A stretch of 59,763 nt of DNA, the filler included, from an uncultured Methanosarcinales archaeon (GTDB lineage Archaea; Nanobdellota; Nanobdellia; Woesearchaeales; CAYSVS01), in NCBI GenBank assembly GCA_964589485.1. It is 3 parts of 3 records of this genome, joined end to end, with 100 filler letters (N's around TTAATTAATTAA, not from the genome) between each part and the next. Parts side by side here need not be neighbours in the genome. Positions count along the whole stretch, not along the records: positions 30,887 to 55,237 come from CAZPRK010000016.1; 2 more parts are not named here. One strand, written 5' to 3'. Each line of letters opens with the position of its first letter. The stretch's first letter is position 1. Below, piece after piece: positions 31,645 through 40,423 of the stretch. A program made the position numbers and the translations under genes. Under the pieces are notes generated by a model. The model was given only the letters and a program-made list of their open reading frames with translations, was not told the DNA's origin and did not search any database.

Positions 31645-32550
31645 TTTAAACATACCTTTTACTTTTCCCCATACGCTACTCTGATGAAGATCTGCAGGAG
31701 GAGGAGGAGGCATTTTTTCATTCTTCTTAAGAATATGTTTAAATGAAGAAACATTTGATCCCTCCAATAAATGATTAACACTTGACAAATCAGGATTTTT
31801 TTTAACTTCTATAGGTTCAATATTTTCTACAATTGGTTCTTCTTCAACTTGATTGTCAATTATATTTTTATGTTTATCTTTTAAAACTCCAATTCTCTCT
31901 TGTAACCTTTCTTTATGGGCATTGTCAGGCAAATCATCTGATTGTTTTTGTAATCTAGAAATTAAACTTTCAATTCTTTTTACCCTTATTGAATCTTGAT
32001 ACAATTGATCTTTTATTTTAGATTCAACTTCTTCCAATCTTTTTTCACGATCCGAAGATACATCTATTTTCTGATTCATTTTTTCAATAGCTTCACGTAT
32101 TGAGTTTATTCTTTTTGGTAAATCAGATGCAATATTTTCTTTAGTTTCAATCTGCTCTTCCAAGTGAGAAATTCTATTTTTTAATTCTGCAATTAATTGA
32201 GATTCACTTTGCATAGCCAAATCTACTTTTTTTTCAAGATGTGTAATCGCACCTAAAAATTCATTAGATTTTGAATCACCCATAGAATCTACGGCAGACC
32301 TATTAACTCTCTGATTTCTAATAATTTTACTTTCCTTGTAGATTACTTCATTTAATTTTTCCATTAATTGATTGAATTCATTATCAATAACAGATTTAGA
32401 TACTTTAGTTTTACCACTTAAACTTTTTACTTTTTTTAATTGAGAATGCATATTAGATCTTGCTTTTCTCCTTTCGCTATGTTTAACTGCTGCACTAGAT
32501 AAATAAGACATAAAATTTGCAACAGTTTTAGGACTTAATTTTTCATTCAT
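31639..32550 (-). CDS. Coiled-coil protein with polyproline and amphipathic C-terminus
   Basis: Long heptad region, ending MPPPPPADLHQSSVWGKVKGMFKL. Confidence 0.75.
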   Translation of the reverse strand: MNEKLSPKTVANFMSYLSSAAVKHSERRKARSNMHSQLKKVKSLSGKTKVSKSVIDNEFNQLMEKLNEVIYKESKIIRNQRVNRSAVDSMGDSKSNEFLGAITHLEKKVDLAMQSESQLIAELKNRISHLEEQIETKENIASDLPKRINSIREAIEKMNQKIDVSSDREKRLEEVESKIKDQLYQDSIRVKRIESLISRLQKQSDDLPDNAHKERLQERIGVLKDKHKNIIDNQVEEEPIVENIEPIEVKKNPDLSSVNHLLEGSNVSSFKHILKKNEKMPPPPPADLHQSSVWGKVKGMFKL

Positions 32551-33116
32551 TTTTTAAACATACCCATAAAGCCTTTCTTCTTTTCAGGAGGTGGAGGCAT
32601 TGGAGGCATCGGAGGAGGCGCCGAATGTGACATTGAAGGTGGCGCTGAATGCGGCATTGGAGGTGGCATTGACATCCCCAAAGGCTTATCAAAATCATTT
32701 GCAATCGGTGGTTTATTTGAAAAACCACTATCTAAATCAGATGGCCCTAAATTCCTATCACCAAAAGAAGGTTTAGGAACTTGTGGTTTAGGTTTTTGAT
32801 TTTTAATCATATCAGCAATAGACAACAACCCTTCTGCAATTTGTTCATTCTGTTCTTCTATTCTTTTTAACCTATCATTAATTGGATCTATTTTTTCACT
32901 CAAAAGTTTTGCTTCCTTCTCTTCATACTTCATATATTCATTTGCTGTATTAAATAATTCAATCATAGTATTAAGTGAAGAAGAAAGTTGATTCATACTA
33001 TCATGCATATCTGATTCACTCGTCACAGATTTACTTTTTAGATTATCCAAATCATCTTTTAGTTTACCTAGAACACTATGAGGCATTAATTCATATTCAT
33101 CATCCATAAATATCAC
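32547..33116 (-). CDS. Coiled-coil protein with Pro/Met-rich tail and amphipathic C-terminus
   Basis: Ends MPPPMPHSAPPSMSHSAPPPMPPMPPPPEKKKGFMGMFKK, with ATGA overlap to the next gene. Confidence 0.75.
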   Translation of the reverse strand: MIFMDDEYELMPHSVLGKLKDDLDNLKSKSVTSESDMHDSMNQLSSSLNTMIELFNTANEYMKYEEKEAKLLSEKIDPINDRLKRIEEQNEQIAEGLLSIADMIKNQKPKPQVPKPSFGDRNLGPSDLDSGFSNKPPIANDFDKPLGMSMPPPMPHSAPPSMSHSAPPPMPPMPPPPEKKKGFMGMFKK

Positions 33117-33251
33117 CGCTTTTTAATAACTAATAACTATTGTGCTTATCTATTTATAAATGTTGCGATTAAAAAAAAGATACAGTTGAATTAAATAAAA
33201 CCAAATATTTATAAACTTAGAACAAAATTAATTTCAAAGGGGGTGGTAATT

Positions 33252-33395
33252 GTGGATCAAGTAGTAGACAAAATAGAGATGGTCAACAATATATCAACTG
33301 AAATCTTAGCAAATGGTTTAGCAGATTCCAGAGAAGAAGCAGTAAGGATGGCTGAAAGTTGGCTATCAAACGTCATGGAAGACATGGCACTATAA
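33252..33395 (+). CDS. 47-aa hypothetical protein
   Basis: GTG start after a GGGGTGG SD. Reads MDQVVDKIEMVNNISTEILANGLADSREEAVRMAESWL... Confidence 0.6.
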   Translation: MDQVVDKIEMVNNISTEILANGLADSREEAVRMAESWLSNVMEDMAL

Positions 33396-33414
33396 ACAGA
33401 CGAGGTGTAACTTA

Positions 33415-33606
33415 ATGGTACAAGCATATTGCGTAAAGTGTAAAGAAAAAGGAAAAGAGATGAAAGATCCTAGTATTAATCAAACTGCAAAGGGCGGATA
33501 CATGGCAAAAGGACAATGTCCTGATTGTGGCACAACTATGTGTGCAATGATGTCAAAAGATAACGCAGAAGCAGCAGTTACTGATGGTGCTAAGAAAAAT
33601 TATTAA
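33415..33606 (+). CDS. Small zinc-ribbon protein (DUF5679-like)
   Basis: AYCVKCKEK...AKGQCPDCGTTM, GAGGTG SD. Confidence 0.82.
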   Translation: MVQAYCVKCKEKGKEMKDPSINQTAKGGYMAKGQCPDCGTTMCAMMSKDNAEAAVTDGAKKNY

Positions 33607-33646
33607 TTTTTTTTTATTACTTTATATTTTTATTAAAGGTTAGTAA

Positions 33647-34342
33647 ATGTTTTTATTTGAAGATATTGAAATTGTAGATTTAGGGTTACTTATCAAAGAT
33701 ACACTAATTATTTCTGACATCCACATAGGTTATGAAGAAGAGCTAAACAAAAAAGGAATTATGATTCCAAGGTTAAGTTTTTCAGATATTTCTAATAAAA
33801 TTAAAAAGATATTAAACAAAGTTAAAATTAAAAAAATAGTAATAACAGGAGATTTAAAGCATGAATTCGGAAAAATTTCCGACCAAGAATGGCGCGATAC
33901 TTTAAAGTTTGTAGATATATTAATGGAAAACAATGAACTCATTTTAATTAAAGGAAATCACGATAAAACATTAGACATAATAGCAAAAAAAAGAAAAGTT
34001 ACTTTAGTTGACAAATATATAATTGATGACGTACTTCTTTTACATGGAGATGAAATTATTGACATTCCAACAAAAATTAAAACTATAGTCATAGGCCACG
34101 AACATCCCGCAATTGCATTAAAAGAAGATAGAAGAGTTGAAAAATTCAAATGTTTTCTTAGAGGTAAGTATAAAAATAAAAATTTAATAGTACTTCCAAG
34201 TTTTAATCCAGTTACTATAGGAACTGACATTTTAACCCAAAACTTATTAAGCCCTTTTCTAAGACAAGATTTAAGGGAATTTAATGTTTATATTGTTTCC
34301 AACGGCGTATATGATTTTGGAAAAGTTAAAAATTTAAGTTAG
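33647..34342 (+). CDS. Calcineurin-like metallophosphoesterase
   Basis: SDIHIGYE, GDLKH, GNHD, HGD, GHEHP and LPSF motifs. Confidence 0.92.
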   Translation: MFLFEDIEIVDLGLLIKDTLIISDIHIGYEEELNKKGIMIPRLSFSDISNKIKKILNKVKIKKIVITGDLKHEFGKISDQEWRDTLKFVDILMENNELILIKGNHDKTLDIIAKKRKVTLVDKYIIDDVLLLHGDEIIDIPTKIKTIVIGHEHPAIALKEDRRVEKFKCFLRGKYKNKNLIVLPSFNPVTIGTDILTQNLLSPFLRQDLREFNVYIVSNGVYDFGKVKNLS

Positions 34343-34375
34343 ATTTAAGAATAATTGTACACAATAAGTTAAAAT

Positions 34376-34726
34376 ATGACAACTTTAGTTTTAGGAACAC
34401 AATTTAATCAAAAAAAAGTTTATGAAGTAGCTAGAGAAACAGGCTTTACTTTAACATATGCTCAATTTGGACCAACTCTTCCTTACCACAACAAAATAGA
34501 TCATTTAAGCCTTAAAATAAACAAACCTTCATTTTATAAAAGCATTAAAGAAATTATTACTGAAATAGGTTTTAATTATTTTGCAAATGAAGAGTGTGCT
34601 TTTAAAGTACTTGGTGAATTAGAACAAAAATTGCCAGGTTTATTATGTCATCAAATATATCTTGGAAAAAATCCAACTGAAATAAAAAAAGTTAATGATT
34701 TTTTAGATTCAATAACTCCCCAATAA
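34376..34726 (+). CDS. Hypothetical protein
   Basis: 116-aa ORF. Confidence 0.55.
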   Translation: MTTLVLGTQFNQKKVYEVARETGFTLTYAQFGPTLPYHNKIDHLSLKINKPSFYKSIKEIITEIGFNYFANEECAFKVLGELEQKLPGLLCHQIYLGKNPTEIKKVNDFLDSITPQ

Positions 34727-35245
34727 ATCACTTTTACTTATTATTCCTTTTAACTTTCCTTTATCAGAAACTATCAAAATAGAATAATGCTTTAACATAT
34801 CTAAAATTACACTCTTTCTTGCAGTAGAAGAAATTATAGGTGGACAATCTTTCATTACATCCCTTATTTTTAACTTAGATATATCATTATCTAAATGTTC
34901 AATTATTGTAGTTTCAGTTACAACTCCAACAGGAGAATTATTTTTTAAAACTGGCAATTGACTTATTCCAAACTTTCTCATTTTTTTAATAACATTAACA
35001 ACTAAATCATTTTCATCTGCAGTTACTACTTTTTTATTCAACATTTCATTCGCAGTTAATTCACCTTTTATTTCCAAGTCACGTAAAGAATCAAATAATT
35101 TTTTTGCATTAGAATAAGCAGGATCTAGATTGCCAGATTCAATCTTGGCAATCAGACTCTGACTTACATTGGCTTTTTTAGCTAATTGAGATTGAGTTAA
35201 ATTCAAACTTTTACGCATTTTTTTTATCTCAGCCAACAAATTCAT
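34709..35245 (-). CDS. XRE-HTH + CBS-pair transcriptional regulator
   Basis: LTQSQLAKKANVSQSLIAKIESG followed by two CBS domains. Confidence 0.92.
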   Translation of the reverse strand: MNLLAEIKKMRKSLNLTQSQLAKKANVSQSLIAKIESGNLDPAYSNAKKLFDSLRDLEIKGELTANEMLNKKVVTADENDLVVNVIKKMRKFGISQLPVLKNNSPVGVVTETTIIEHLDNDISKLKIRDVMKDCPPIISSTARKSVILDMLKHYSILIVSDKGKLKGIISKSDLLGSY

Positions 35246-35608
35246 CTAAAACATACCCAATACAAAAACCATTACCAATAGACTAACAATACTTTGTGCA
35301 TTGTTTAAAATCCATAAACTAAATGGTTTTCCTTCCCATAGGAATCCTCCTAATGTTGTTGTTCCTACAAATCCTAACCACAACAATAAAGCTGTTACAT
35401 ATGGTTGCGTTGATCCTGCTATAAACATATTTAACACATATGCTGTAAAGAAAGTTCCAATAAAAGCATACACCATATATGCAAGTTCAGGTTTTTTAGG
35501 TTTCACTTTACTTAATTTCATCCATGTTTTTCCAAATAAGCTTTCACTATACCAAAGAAAGCCAACCACAAAAGCAGCAGCTGCAGCTGCCAAAATGTTT
35601 AAAGTCAT
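35246..35608 (-). CDS. DUF1761-like membrane protein
   Basis: GFLWYSESLFGKTW motif, 4 TM. Confidence 0.85.
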   Translation of the reverse strand: MTLNILAAAAAAFVVGFLWYSESLFGKTWMKLSKVKPKKPELAYMVYAFIGTFFTAYVLNMFIAGSTQPYVTALLLWLGFVGTTTLGGFLWEGKPFSLWILNNAQSIVSLLVMVFVLGMF

Positions 35609-35656
35609 TATATCACCTCAAAAGCAATAACATTAAAGGAATATATAAACCTTACT

Positions 35657-35678
35657 AATTATTCTAATTAGAATAATT
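35657..35678. promoter_or_regulatory. Perfect 22-bp palindrome, putative operator
   Basis: AATTATTCTAATTAGAATAATT between divergent transcription units. Confidence 0.5.
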
Positions 35679-35730
35679 TTTTCAAGATGTTTTATAAGAG
35701 AAGTAATAAAATCTTAAAATAGGTGATAAT

Positions 35731-36039
35731 ATGCCAATAGAAAACATACTTAAAATTGAAGAACAATTGAGAAAATTTAGTCCAATTGATAGTGAAAGAG
35801 AAAGTAGTGAATTTGCTAACTATGTATTTTCAATATATCAACAAACTTCTAGAAGCTTACAACCAGAAGTTTTAGAGTTAGGAATAAGTATAGGCCATGA
35901 ACAAGGTCATAAAGATATATCTGAAGCTATAAACGGAATTCCAAACTATTTTGAAAGAAAAACAGAAACCAGGCTAGAAAGTAAAAAGTTAGGAAACACT
36001 TATGCATTTGGTAGACATAATAGTGGAGCATTTTTTTAA
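35731..36039 (+). CDS. Hypothetical protein
   Basis: AGGTGA SD, 102 aa. Confidence 0.65.
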   Translation: MPIENILKIEEQLRKFSPIDSERESSEFANYVFSIYQQTSRSLQPEVLELGISIGHEQGHKDISEAINGIPNYFERKTETRLESKKLGNTYAFGRHNSGAFF

Positions 36040-36048
36040 GGTGGTAAA

Positions 36049-36228
36049 ATGAAATACAAATCGCAATTAGAAAAATACATAGAAAAAGAAGGTGCAACAC
36101 CTGAAGGTTTTATAGAAATAATTGCACCTTACAATAGAAAAGGAACTGCCTTATCTATTGCCATAACAGTGTGTCAAGACTTACCAAGCGGATATATGCG
36201 AAAATTAGATGAATATAGAAAAAAATAA
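36049..36228 (+). CDS. 59-aa hypothetical protein
   Basis: MKYKSQLEKYIEKEGATPEGFIEII..., AGGTGG SD, fills the gap before metK. Confidence 0.6.
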   Translation: MKYKSQLEKYIEKEGATPEGFIEIIAPYNRKGTALSIAITVCQDLPSGYMRKLDEYRKK

Positions 36229-36239
36229 AGGTGAATTAG

Positions 36240-37451
36240 ATGAAAAGAAATTATTTATTTACATCAGAGAGTGTGACAGAAGGTCACCCTGATAAAGTTT
36301 GTGATCAAATTTCAGATGCTATACTAGATGCATGTTTAACTGAAGATAACATGTCCAGAGTTGCAATTGAAAGTGTTACTAAAACTGGAATGGTGTTAGT
36401 TACAGGTGAATTAACTACAAAAGCATATGTTGACATTCCAACTATCGTAAGAGGAGTTTTACAAAAAATAGGATACACTAAAGCCGAATACGGAATTGAA
36501 CATGAGACTTGTTCAGTTTTAACTGCTATCTCAGAACAAAGCCCTGACATTGCACAAGGTGTTGATGAAAAAGAAGCTGAAGGAAAAGATACAGCAGAAC
36601 AAGGAGCAGGAGATCAAGGAATGATGTTTGGTTATGCAACTAATGAAACTAAAGAATTAATGCCTTTACCTATTTTATTAGCACATAAATTAACTAAAAA
36701 GTTAGCAGATGTAAGAAAAGCTAATGAAATAAAATACTTAAGACCAGATGGGAAGAGTCAAGTTACAGTAGAATATGATAATGGAAAACCAGTAAGAGTA
36801 CATACAGTTTTAATTTCAACACAACATCACGATAATGTTACACATGATCAAATTAAACAAGATGTAATTGAAAAAGTAATTAAACCAATATGTTCTGACT
36901 GGATTGATGAAAATACAATTTATCATATAAACCCAACGGGGAAATTCGTTAGAGGAGGCCCTTATGCTGATGCAGGACTTACAGGAAGAAAAATTATAGT
37001 CGACACTTACGGTGGTCATGGAAGTCATGGAGGAGGAGCATTCTCAGGGAAAGACCCTAGTAAAGTTGACAGAAGTGCTGCATATTTGGGAAGGTATATT
37101 GCTAAAAATATTGTTGCTGCAGAGTTAGCAGATAAATGTGAAGTTCAATTAGCATATGCAATTGGTGTAGCTGATCCAGTATCTATACTAATACATTGTT
37201 TTGGAACTAATAGGATTGAAGAAGAAAAAATTGAAGAATTGATTAAAAAGCATTTCCCTTTAAAACCAGCAAATATTCTTACTCATTTAAACCTAAGAAA
37301 ACCAATATATCAAGCTACTGCTGCTTATGGTCACTTTGGAAGAAATGAATTCCCATGGGAACAATTAGATAAAGTTGATGCATTGAAGCAAGATGCAGGC
37401 GATTTACAACCCGCAAAATCAGGAGAAGATGTTCCTCTAGATGAGGAATAG
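36240..37451 (+). CDS. metK: S-adenosylmethionine synthetase, bacterial type
   Basis: [19 protein letters not shown] and [16 protein letters not shown] motifs. Confidence 0.97.
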   Translation: MKRNYLFTSESVTEGHPDKVCDQISDAILDACLTEDNMSRVAIESVTKTGMVLVTGELTTKAYVDIPTIVRGVLQKIGYTKAEYGIEHETCSVLTAISEQSPDIAQGVDEKEAEGKDTAEQGAGDQGMMFGYATNETKELMPLPILLAHKLTKKLADVRKANEIKYLRPDGKSQVTVEYDNGKPVRVHTVLISTQHHDNVTHDQIKQDVIEKVIKPICSDWIDENTIYHINPTGKFVRGGPYADAGLTGRKIIVDTYGGHGSHGGGAFSGKDPSKVDRSAAYLGRYIAKNIVAAELADKCEVQLAYAIGVADPVSILIHCFGTNRIEEEKIEELIKKHFPLKPANILTHLNLRKPIYQATAAYGHFGRNEFPWEQLDKVDALKQDAGDLQPAKSGEDVPLDEE

Positions 37452-37483
37452 TTTTTTATTCTTTCTTTATTTATTAATTTTTA

Positions 37484-38140
37484 ATGAGTAAATATAAAGA
37501 TATTCACATAGCCAGACAATTAACTTACATTGGTATAGATGAAAGTACATTGGGTGTTGGAAGCGGAAGCGTCATTATGGTAGCTGCTGAAACTAATGAC
37601 AAAAGCTTAACTGAAGAATTAGGTTCTGATTCTCTCTTAAAATCTGCAAATTATCTAAAAAACGGAATAAAACCACCAAGCTTAGAAAAATTAAAAGCAC
37701 AAGGATTAAATAAATTTTATTGGCTTAGGGTTAATTCAGGAAAAGCCTTCAAAAGACAAATTGTCGCACATGCAGGCATTGGTCAACTTGTAAAAGCTAA
37801 TGGGTATAAACCTGAATCAACAGTATTATACATCGATGCATTTTATAAAAATGGTAGTGAAGATTTAATTAAAGATTACTTAATGCAAGAACAATTTAAT
37901 ATCCCAATTCAAAACATACATATAATTGGTGGAGGAGACCGTAGTATCCCAATAATTAATTTCGCAGATTTATTAGCTTTTCAAATAGGTTATATGCTAG
38001 GCGAACAACACGGGAATAATAGTAATTCAAATACATCAGAATTTATTCATGAAGCTTTTAATTTTGAAAGTCAAAGAATTGAGCCTATTAGTAAAAGTAG
38101 TAGACAAATATTAGAAGATATAATGGAAGAACGTAATTAA
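37484..38140 (+). CDS. Divergent RNase H-fold (RNase HII-like) protein
   Basis: YIGIDES, LYIDAF and GGD...INFADLLA acidic motifs. Confidence 0.5.
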   Translation: MSKYKDIHIARQLTYIGIDESTLGVGSGSVIMVAAETNDKSLTEELGSDSLLKSANYLKNGIKPPSLEKLKAQGLNKFYWLRVNSGKAFKRQIVAHAGIGQLVKANGYKPESTVLYIDAFYKNGSEDLIKDYLMQEQFNIPIQNIHIIGGGDRSIPIINFADLLAFQIGYMLGEQHGNNSNSNTSEFIHEAFNFESQRIEPISKSSRQILEDIMEERN

Positions 38141-38142
38141 AA

Positions 38143-38667
38143 TTATTTCAATTTTTCTTTTTTAGCTTTTTCAGAAATAATTGCACTATTACCTGAAGGA
38201 TCTTCTAAGATAATTTTAATTTTTTCTTGACCCCAAATAACTTTCTGAAGTTTTTTTAATAAATTCTTAGCTTTTTTTTTTGCTGCAGGGTCTTCTTCAC
38301 TATCTCTTGTATTTTCAATAGCTGATTTGACTCTCTCTAAAATTCCTTCAATATTAGTCACATAACCACTTGATGCCGGACCTGGTGATATTGTCATAAT
38401 ATGTGGAATTTTAACTGTTGCTTCACTACTTTTTACTATTCTTATTTTCATATCTTCTTCTTCAGTTACTTCAAATGTATATTTACAAGGGTCATGTTTA
38501 TCTGCTGCTTCAACATCAGCTTTATTATATTTACAATCAGAACAATTCATAGAAAAGACAAAAACTTTACCAAAGTAAGGAACTTCAGTTTCTTGGTCCA
38601 TTAAAGTTAATGTTTTCTTTAAACAAATAGGACAAGTTTCCCCTTCCAACTTTTCTACTTCACCCAT
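38143..38667 (-). CDS. ZPR1 zinc-finger protein
   Basis: CPIC...VPYFG...CSDC, TNIEGIL and LEDPSGNSAI motifs. Confidence 0.93.
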   Translation of the reverse strand: MGEVEKLEGETCPICLKKTLTLMDQETEVPYFGKVFVFSMNCSDCKYNKADVEAADKHDPCKYTFEVTEEEDMKIRIVKSSEATVKIPHIMTISPGPASSGYVTNIEGILERVKSAIENTRDSEEDPAAKKKAKNLLKKLQKVIWGQEKIKIILEDPSGNSAIISEKAKKEKLK

Positions 38668-38751
38668 AGTTAATTAATAATTTTATGAAAGTTTAAATAG
38701 TTTTCCATAAAAAACGAAATGTTTAAATAGCCATAATTCAACAAATTTAAT

Positions 38752-39192
38752 ATGAAATTATTTACCCAGTTATTCAGAAGAAAACTAAATAAAAACCAAG
38801 TTAAGAATAAAATAAAAGAACAAAAAAAAACAATTAATTTGCAGAAAGAAAAATTTAAAAAATATTCAAAAATATTTAATTCTCCTAAAAAAATAATTGA
38901 GAAATATGATGAAAAAAAGTTTAATCAATTAATTAAACAAATAAACATAAAAAATGCACACCAAAGTGTTATATTACTAAACCTTCCTAGATTTTATTAT
39001 GATAATTTAGTTATTTATTCCAAACTTAAAAAACATAAATTCTCAAAAAAACTTAAAATTAAAAAAAAAGAATATACTTCATTAAAAAAAGCAATACTTG
39101 AAAAAATAAAAAAAGGCTTTAGAATCCATGATATCAGAAATCAAATGATAGAAACAGGTTGGAATAATAACTTAATTTCTCAATTATTATAA
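38752..39192 (+). CDS. Lys-rich hypothetical protein
   Basis: 146-aa ORF with a KGF...GW C-terminal motif. Confidence 0.55.
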   Translation: MKLFTQLFRRKLNKNQVKNKIKEQKKTINLQKEKFKKYSKIFNSPKKIIEKYDEKKFNQLIKQINIKNAHQSVILLNLPRFYYDNLVIYSKLKKHKFSKKLKIKKKEYTSLKKAILEKIKKGFRIHDIRNQMIETGWNNNLISQLL

Positions 39193-39229
39193 GAATATAT
39201 TTATATAATATCAAATATAAAAAATAATC

Positions 39230-40000
39230 ATGAAGCTAAAAATATACTTAAATAAGTCAATTGAAGAAAATGCTGGCATTTATTTTGACATTTCTAAAAA
39301 ATCAAGAAAAAAAATAAAAGGTGCAGAAGAAACTATAGAAAAATCAAAAAAAAAGTTAAATAAACTAAAATTAAAAGAAATTAAAGAAAAAAAAGAAGAA
39401 ATCACTGTTAAAAGAAAAAAAGAATGGTACGAAAAATTTAGATGGTTTCATTCATCTGAAGGATTTTTAGTTATTGGAGGGAGAGATGCTACTTCTAATG
39501 AAGTTCTAATAAAAAAACACGTAACTGAAAATGACATAGTTTTTCATGCAGAAATGTCAGGTAGTCCTTTTTTTGTAATTAAAACAGAAAATAAAAAACC
39601 AAGCAACATAACTTTAGAAGAAACAGCAATTGCTACTGCATCTTATTCTAGGGCATGGAAACTCGGAATCAACTCAGTAGATGTATTCTACGTAAAACCA
39701 AAACAAGTATCAAAGGAAGCTGAATCAGGTGAATATATGAGCAAAGGAAGTTTCATGATAAGAGGAAAAAAAGAAATCATGCATCCTAAACTAGAACTCG
39801 CAATTGGAATAAAAGAAAACATAATTCTTGGTGGACCTATAAACGCCATAAAGAAAAATTCAGATAAATTTTTCATTCTAAATATAGGTAAAGATAAATC
39901 CTCAGATATAGCCAAATTTTTAAAAAAAGAATTTAATTTTAAAGATTCTGATGAATTAATTTGGCATATGCCTGCAGGAGGAATAAAAATAATCCGTTAA
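39230..40000 (+). CDS. NFACT RNA-binding domain protein (Rqc2/NEMF C-terminal half)
   Basis: WYEKFRWFHSSEGFLVIGGRDATSNE, FHAE and GSFMIRG motifs. Confidence 0.9.
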   Translation: MKLKIYLNKSIEENAGIYFDISKKSRKKIKGAEETIEKSKKKLNKLKLKEIKEKKEEITVKRKKEWYEKFRWFHSSEGFLVIGGRDATSNEVLIKKHVTENDIVFHAEMSGSPFFVIKTENKKPSNITLEETAIATASYSRAWKLGINSVDVFYVKPKQVSKEAESGEYMSKGSFMIRGKKEIMHPKLELAIGIKENIILGGPINAIKKNSDKFFILNIGKDKSSDIAKFLKKEFNFKDSDELIWHMPAGGIKIIR

Positions 40001-40031
40001 ATTTAAATATAAGCCTCACGTAAGAATTTAT

Positions 40032-40310
40032 ATGGCAAAGTTTAAAACAAAAAGTTTAATTTTAGGTAGAAAAAAAAGAAAGGGAGAACATTATCCTTGC
40101 TTTATTAATTTATTTAGTCAAAACGACCCACATATAAGCAAAGAAGTTCCAGATCAATTCTTAGATTATGAAAAAGTTTCCAGAGTTGAAATAAAAGACT
40201 TAAATGTCATGTACTTACCAGCTGGAAATGATATCGTAATTAATAGTTTGAAAGAAGTTTCAATTACTCAAAAAAGTGATATTTTGAGAATTAGCGGGAA
40301 GCAATCTTAA
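40032..40310 (+). CDS. Hypothetical protein
   Basis: 92-aa ORF. Confidence 0.6.
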   Translation: MAKFKTKSLILGRKKRKGEHYPCFINLFSQNDPHISKEVPDQFLDYEKVSRVEIKDLNVMYLPAGNDIVINSLKEVSITQKSDILRISGKQS

Positions 40311-40423
40311 AAGTTAAATAAACAACTAAGATTAAACCCCAAAAAACATAAAGATCTATTATTCTTAATGCAAACAATATTAAATTTAAAACCATTATTA
40401 TAATCAAAAATATTGCAAAATAT

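Noticed and set aside
32543..32776. GC-richer repeats and ORFs 32543..32728 and 32591..32776
   Set aside because: They are explained by Pro codons in the 32547..33116 gene.
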